Shown here one piece after another: positions 62,434-64,000 of a DNA stretch of 64,000 nucleotides. How positions within the stretch are numbered: position 1 is the first letter of the stretch; every line of letters starts with the position of its first letter. The position numbers and the translations under genes were made by a program. The stretch covers positions 9,972 to 73,971 of the IMG/VR virus record IMGVR_UViG_3300046779_001123. The stretch is one strand, 5' to 3'. The notes beneath the pieces were generated by a model. That model was not told the origin of the DNA. It saw nothing but the letters and a program-made list of their open reading frames with translations, and searched no databases. This DNA is from a virus.

Positions 62434-62650
62434 TCTCCAAGCAGGTGGTAGCCACTACCCAACTGTAAATCCCAAACTGCAAGAAGCCTTTGCTAACATG
62501 ATCGTCAATGAATGTATCAAGCTAGCAGAGGACGAGGAAGAAAGATTCCTCGAAATGGGCGAAGTTGATCTTGCGTATGCAATGCAAAACTATCAACTAA
62601 TGCTCAAGCAACATTTCGGAGTTGATGATGGACGCAAAGCAAGTAATTAA
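62408..62650 (+). CDS. Small protein, KFAELI-motif family (paralog C; start uncertain)
   Basis: KLQEAFANMIVNECIKLAEDEE aligns with paralogs A and B. Confidence 0.3.
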   Translation: MHPTLHNFSLQAGGSHYPTVNPKLQEAFANMIVNECIKLAEDEEERFLEMGEVDLAYAMQNYQLMLKQHFGVDDGRKASN

Positions 62651-62834
62651 CCGCATAGGTAAATTGCAAGAGTTTGAAGTGCAAGTCACTATGCCAAAAG
62701 TATTTCGCTTCAACGGAAGTGTGCCGTTTGACATGGAGATCCTGGGCGAGACTGCGTTTATTACCATGCTGGCAGAAAGCATCGAAGAGGCCACACAACG
62801 TGCAAATGACTACATCAAGAGTTTAGAAGTATGA
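62622..62834 (+). CDS. Hypothetical protein
   Basis: 70-aa ORF. Confidence 0.3.
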   Translation: MMMDAKQVINRIGKLQEFEVQVTMPKVFRFNGSVPFDMEILGETAFITMLAESIEEATQRANDYIKSLEV

Positions 62835-63070
62835 GTAATATTGCACGTTATTTTGAAAGCAAAGCATACAAACCTACATGGCATATCGGCGATCGTGTCA
62901 CTGGTAAGTGGAATAAGATTCCTTTTGTCGGCACTGTAGGCAATGATACATTGATCAATGAAATTCGGGGACCTCAAGTAAGTGTGCATCTTGACCTTCC
63001 TGTTAAATTCAAAGACCAAGTGCATAATATTTTATTTGTTAAACCCAACGAACTAAAGGTATTCAAATGA
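62831..63070 (+). CDS. Hypothetical protein
   Basis: ATGA coupling. Confidence 0.3.
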   Translation: MSNIARYFESKAYKPTWHIGDRVTGKWNKIPFVGTVGNDTLINEIRGPQVSVHLDLPVKFKDQVHNILFVKPNELKVFK

Positions 63071-63381
63071 ACAAACTATTTCGCCCATTAGAAAAGTCAA
63101 CACGATCTACAATGAAGTTGCGCCGCATGGGTTATAGCAACGAGTGGGTCAATTACAACTTTGTAAATCGTGCGAAGTGGTATCCTGCAGGGTGGAAATA
63201 TAATCATCAAGTGATTGGCAGTAGGCACAGTAACCTACATTACCTTGCTTGTCATGCGCCTGAACCAATTCGCAAGAAATGGCGCACAACATACAACAAT
63301 TTTATGATTAAACATTTCGGCGCAAGTGGCAAAGGAACCATGCGCTATCTTAATAAGTGGAGTTGTCACTCATGGCTGTGA
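63067..63381 (+). CDS. Hypothetical protein
   Basis: 104-aa ORF, basic. Confidence 0.3.
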   Translation: MNKLFRPLEKSTRSTMKLRRMGYSNEWVNYNFVNRAKWYPAGWKYNHQVIGSRHSNLHYLACHAPEPIRKKWRTTYNNFMIKHFGASGKGTMRYLNKWSCHSWL

Positions 63382-63614
63382 TTCCCGAGCATAAAGACGT
63401 TCTTGGACAACCGCTGGCTGTAGGCGATTGTGTTGTGTTTCCTTCCAGCAATACCATGTATGTGGGCACCATTACCAAGTTCAACCCCAAGATGGTCAAG
63501 GTTCGACGTGTAGGCACCAAGTATAGTTGGGAACAAAACAAATATCCATCAGACTTAGCAAAGGTCAGTGGCGCTGAAGTAACAATGTATTTGCTCAAGC
63601 ATCAAAACAACTAA
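63357..63614 (+). CDS. Hypothetical protein
   Basis: 85-aa ORF. Confidence 0.3.
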   Translation: MELSLMAVIPEHKDVLGQPLAVGDCVVFPSSNTMYVGTITKFNPKMVKVRRVGTKYSWEQNKYPSDLAKVSGAEVTMYLLKHQNN

Positions 63615-63698
63615 TCAACTTTACCGAAATGCCCCAAATATGGGGTATTTTCGTGGCCAAAAACTCTTGCCACTATGCAATGACCGTTAAATATTTGC

Positions 63699-63905
63699 AT
63701 GGATACAAATATTTCAATTACCGATCTTGTTGCCATTCGTAATATTATGAATATGGCTGCAGAACGCGGTGCGTTTAAAGCAGAAGAAATGCTTGAGGTA
63801 GGCACTGTCTACACCAAGTTGAATAATTTTTTAGAGGCTGTAATTGCTCAAGCAGCAGCTCAAGAAGCAGCGGCCGACACCGCTACACCCCCACAAGGAG
63901 AATAA
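63699..63905 (+). CDS. Hypothetical protein
   Basis: 68-aa ORF. Confidence 0.3.
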   Translation: MDTNISITDLVAIRNIMNMAAERGAFKAEEMLEVGTVYTKLNNFLEAVIAQAAAQEAAADTATPPQGE

Positions 63906-64000
63906 TATGTCATTTTTAAAACACATTGGCCGACACGGCGATCGTAAAGTAGCTATGCTATTTAGAGAAGTTCCACAAGAAGAGCACATGTGCTTGGTTA

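Noticed and set aside
1-64000. CRISPR arrays, rRNA genes, IS/transposase or integrase genes
   Set aside because: There are no regularly spaced direct repeats, no rRNA-like conserved segments, and no DDE/HUH transposase or tyrosine/serine recombinase motifs. The only mobile-type genes are two HNH endonucleases.

Overview
This 64-kb window comes from a large virulent tailed dsDNA phage. It carries T4-like replication and repair genes (a gp45-like sliding clamp, RNase H/FEN, a Pnk-type kinase, an RNA ligase), about 39 tRNA or tRNA-like genes that together cover all 20 amino acids, no rRNA and no CRISPR array.

Positions 1-20.6 kb look like a DNA/sugar hypermodification island. A DpdA-like transglycosylase (DSGGFQ motif) sits with FolE, QueD and QueE, but no QueC or QueF. 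These 7-deazaguanine genes are physically interleaved with a nucleotide-sugar pathway: a dTDP-glucose 4,6-dehydratase-like enzyme, a His-containing PMP-dependent 3-dehydrase of the E1/ColD type, an acetolactate-synthase-like ThDP enzyme (YerE-like), a short-chain reductase, GalE, two glycosyltransferase candidates, two SAM methyltransferases, a sulfotransferase-like ORF and a HIT protein. A NadE-type PP-loop amidoligase appears translationally coupled to QueE. I read this island as the best candidate in the window for an undescribed hypermodification system.

Positions 25.4-42.2 kb are a dense tRNA island. Embedded in it are two HNH endonucleases, a GGQ-motif release-factor-like protein, a B12-binding radical SAM enzyme, a minus-strand SAM methyltransferase, one of three SGNH-hydrolase paralogs, several promoter/terminator-bounded sRNA candidates and long GNRA-tetraloop-rich structured ncRNA candidates.

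Positions 42-64 kb carry accessory 'moron' genes (AhpC, a class II aldolase, AhpD, a GATase1-like protein, a Cys-based phosphotyrosine phosphatase, a TctC-like binding protein, an SPFH protein). They also carry an RNA-repair cassette (metallophosphoesterase, Pnk kinase, RNA ligase), the second copy of a ~400-aa PP-loop paralog, and a MoxR AAA+/vWA-zincin pair split by a tandem array of about 12 small paralogous genes that share a C-terminal motif.

A conserved extended sigma70-like promoter motif (TTGACC-17-TGCTATAATATACA) recurs throughout. Every call is made by eye from motifs; nothing was searched against a database.
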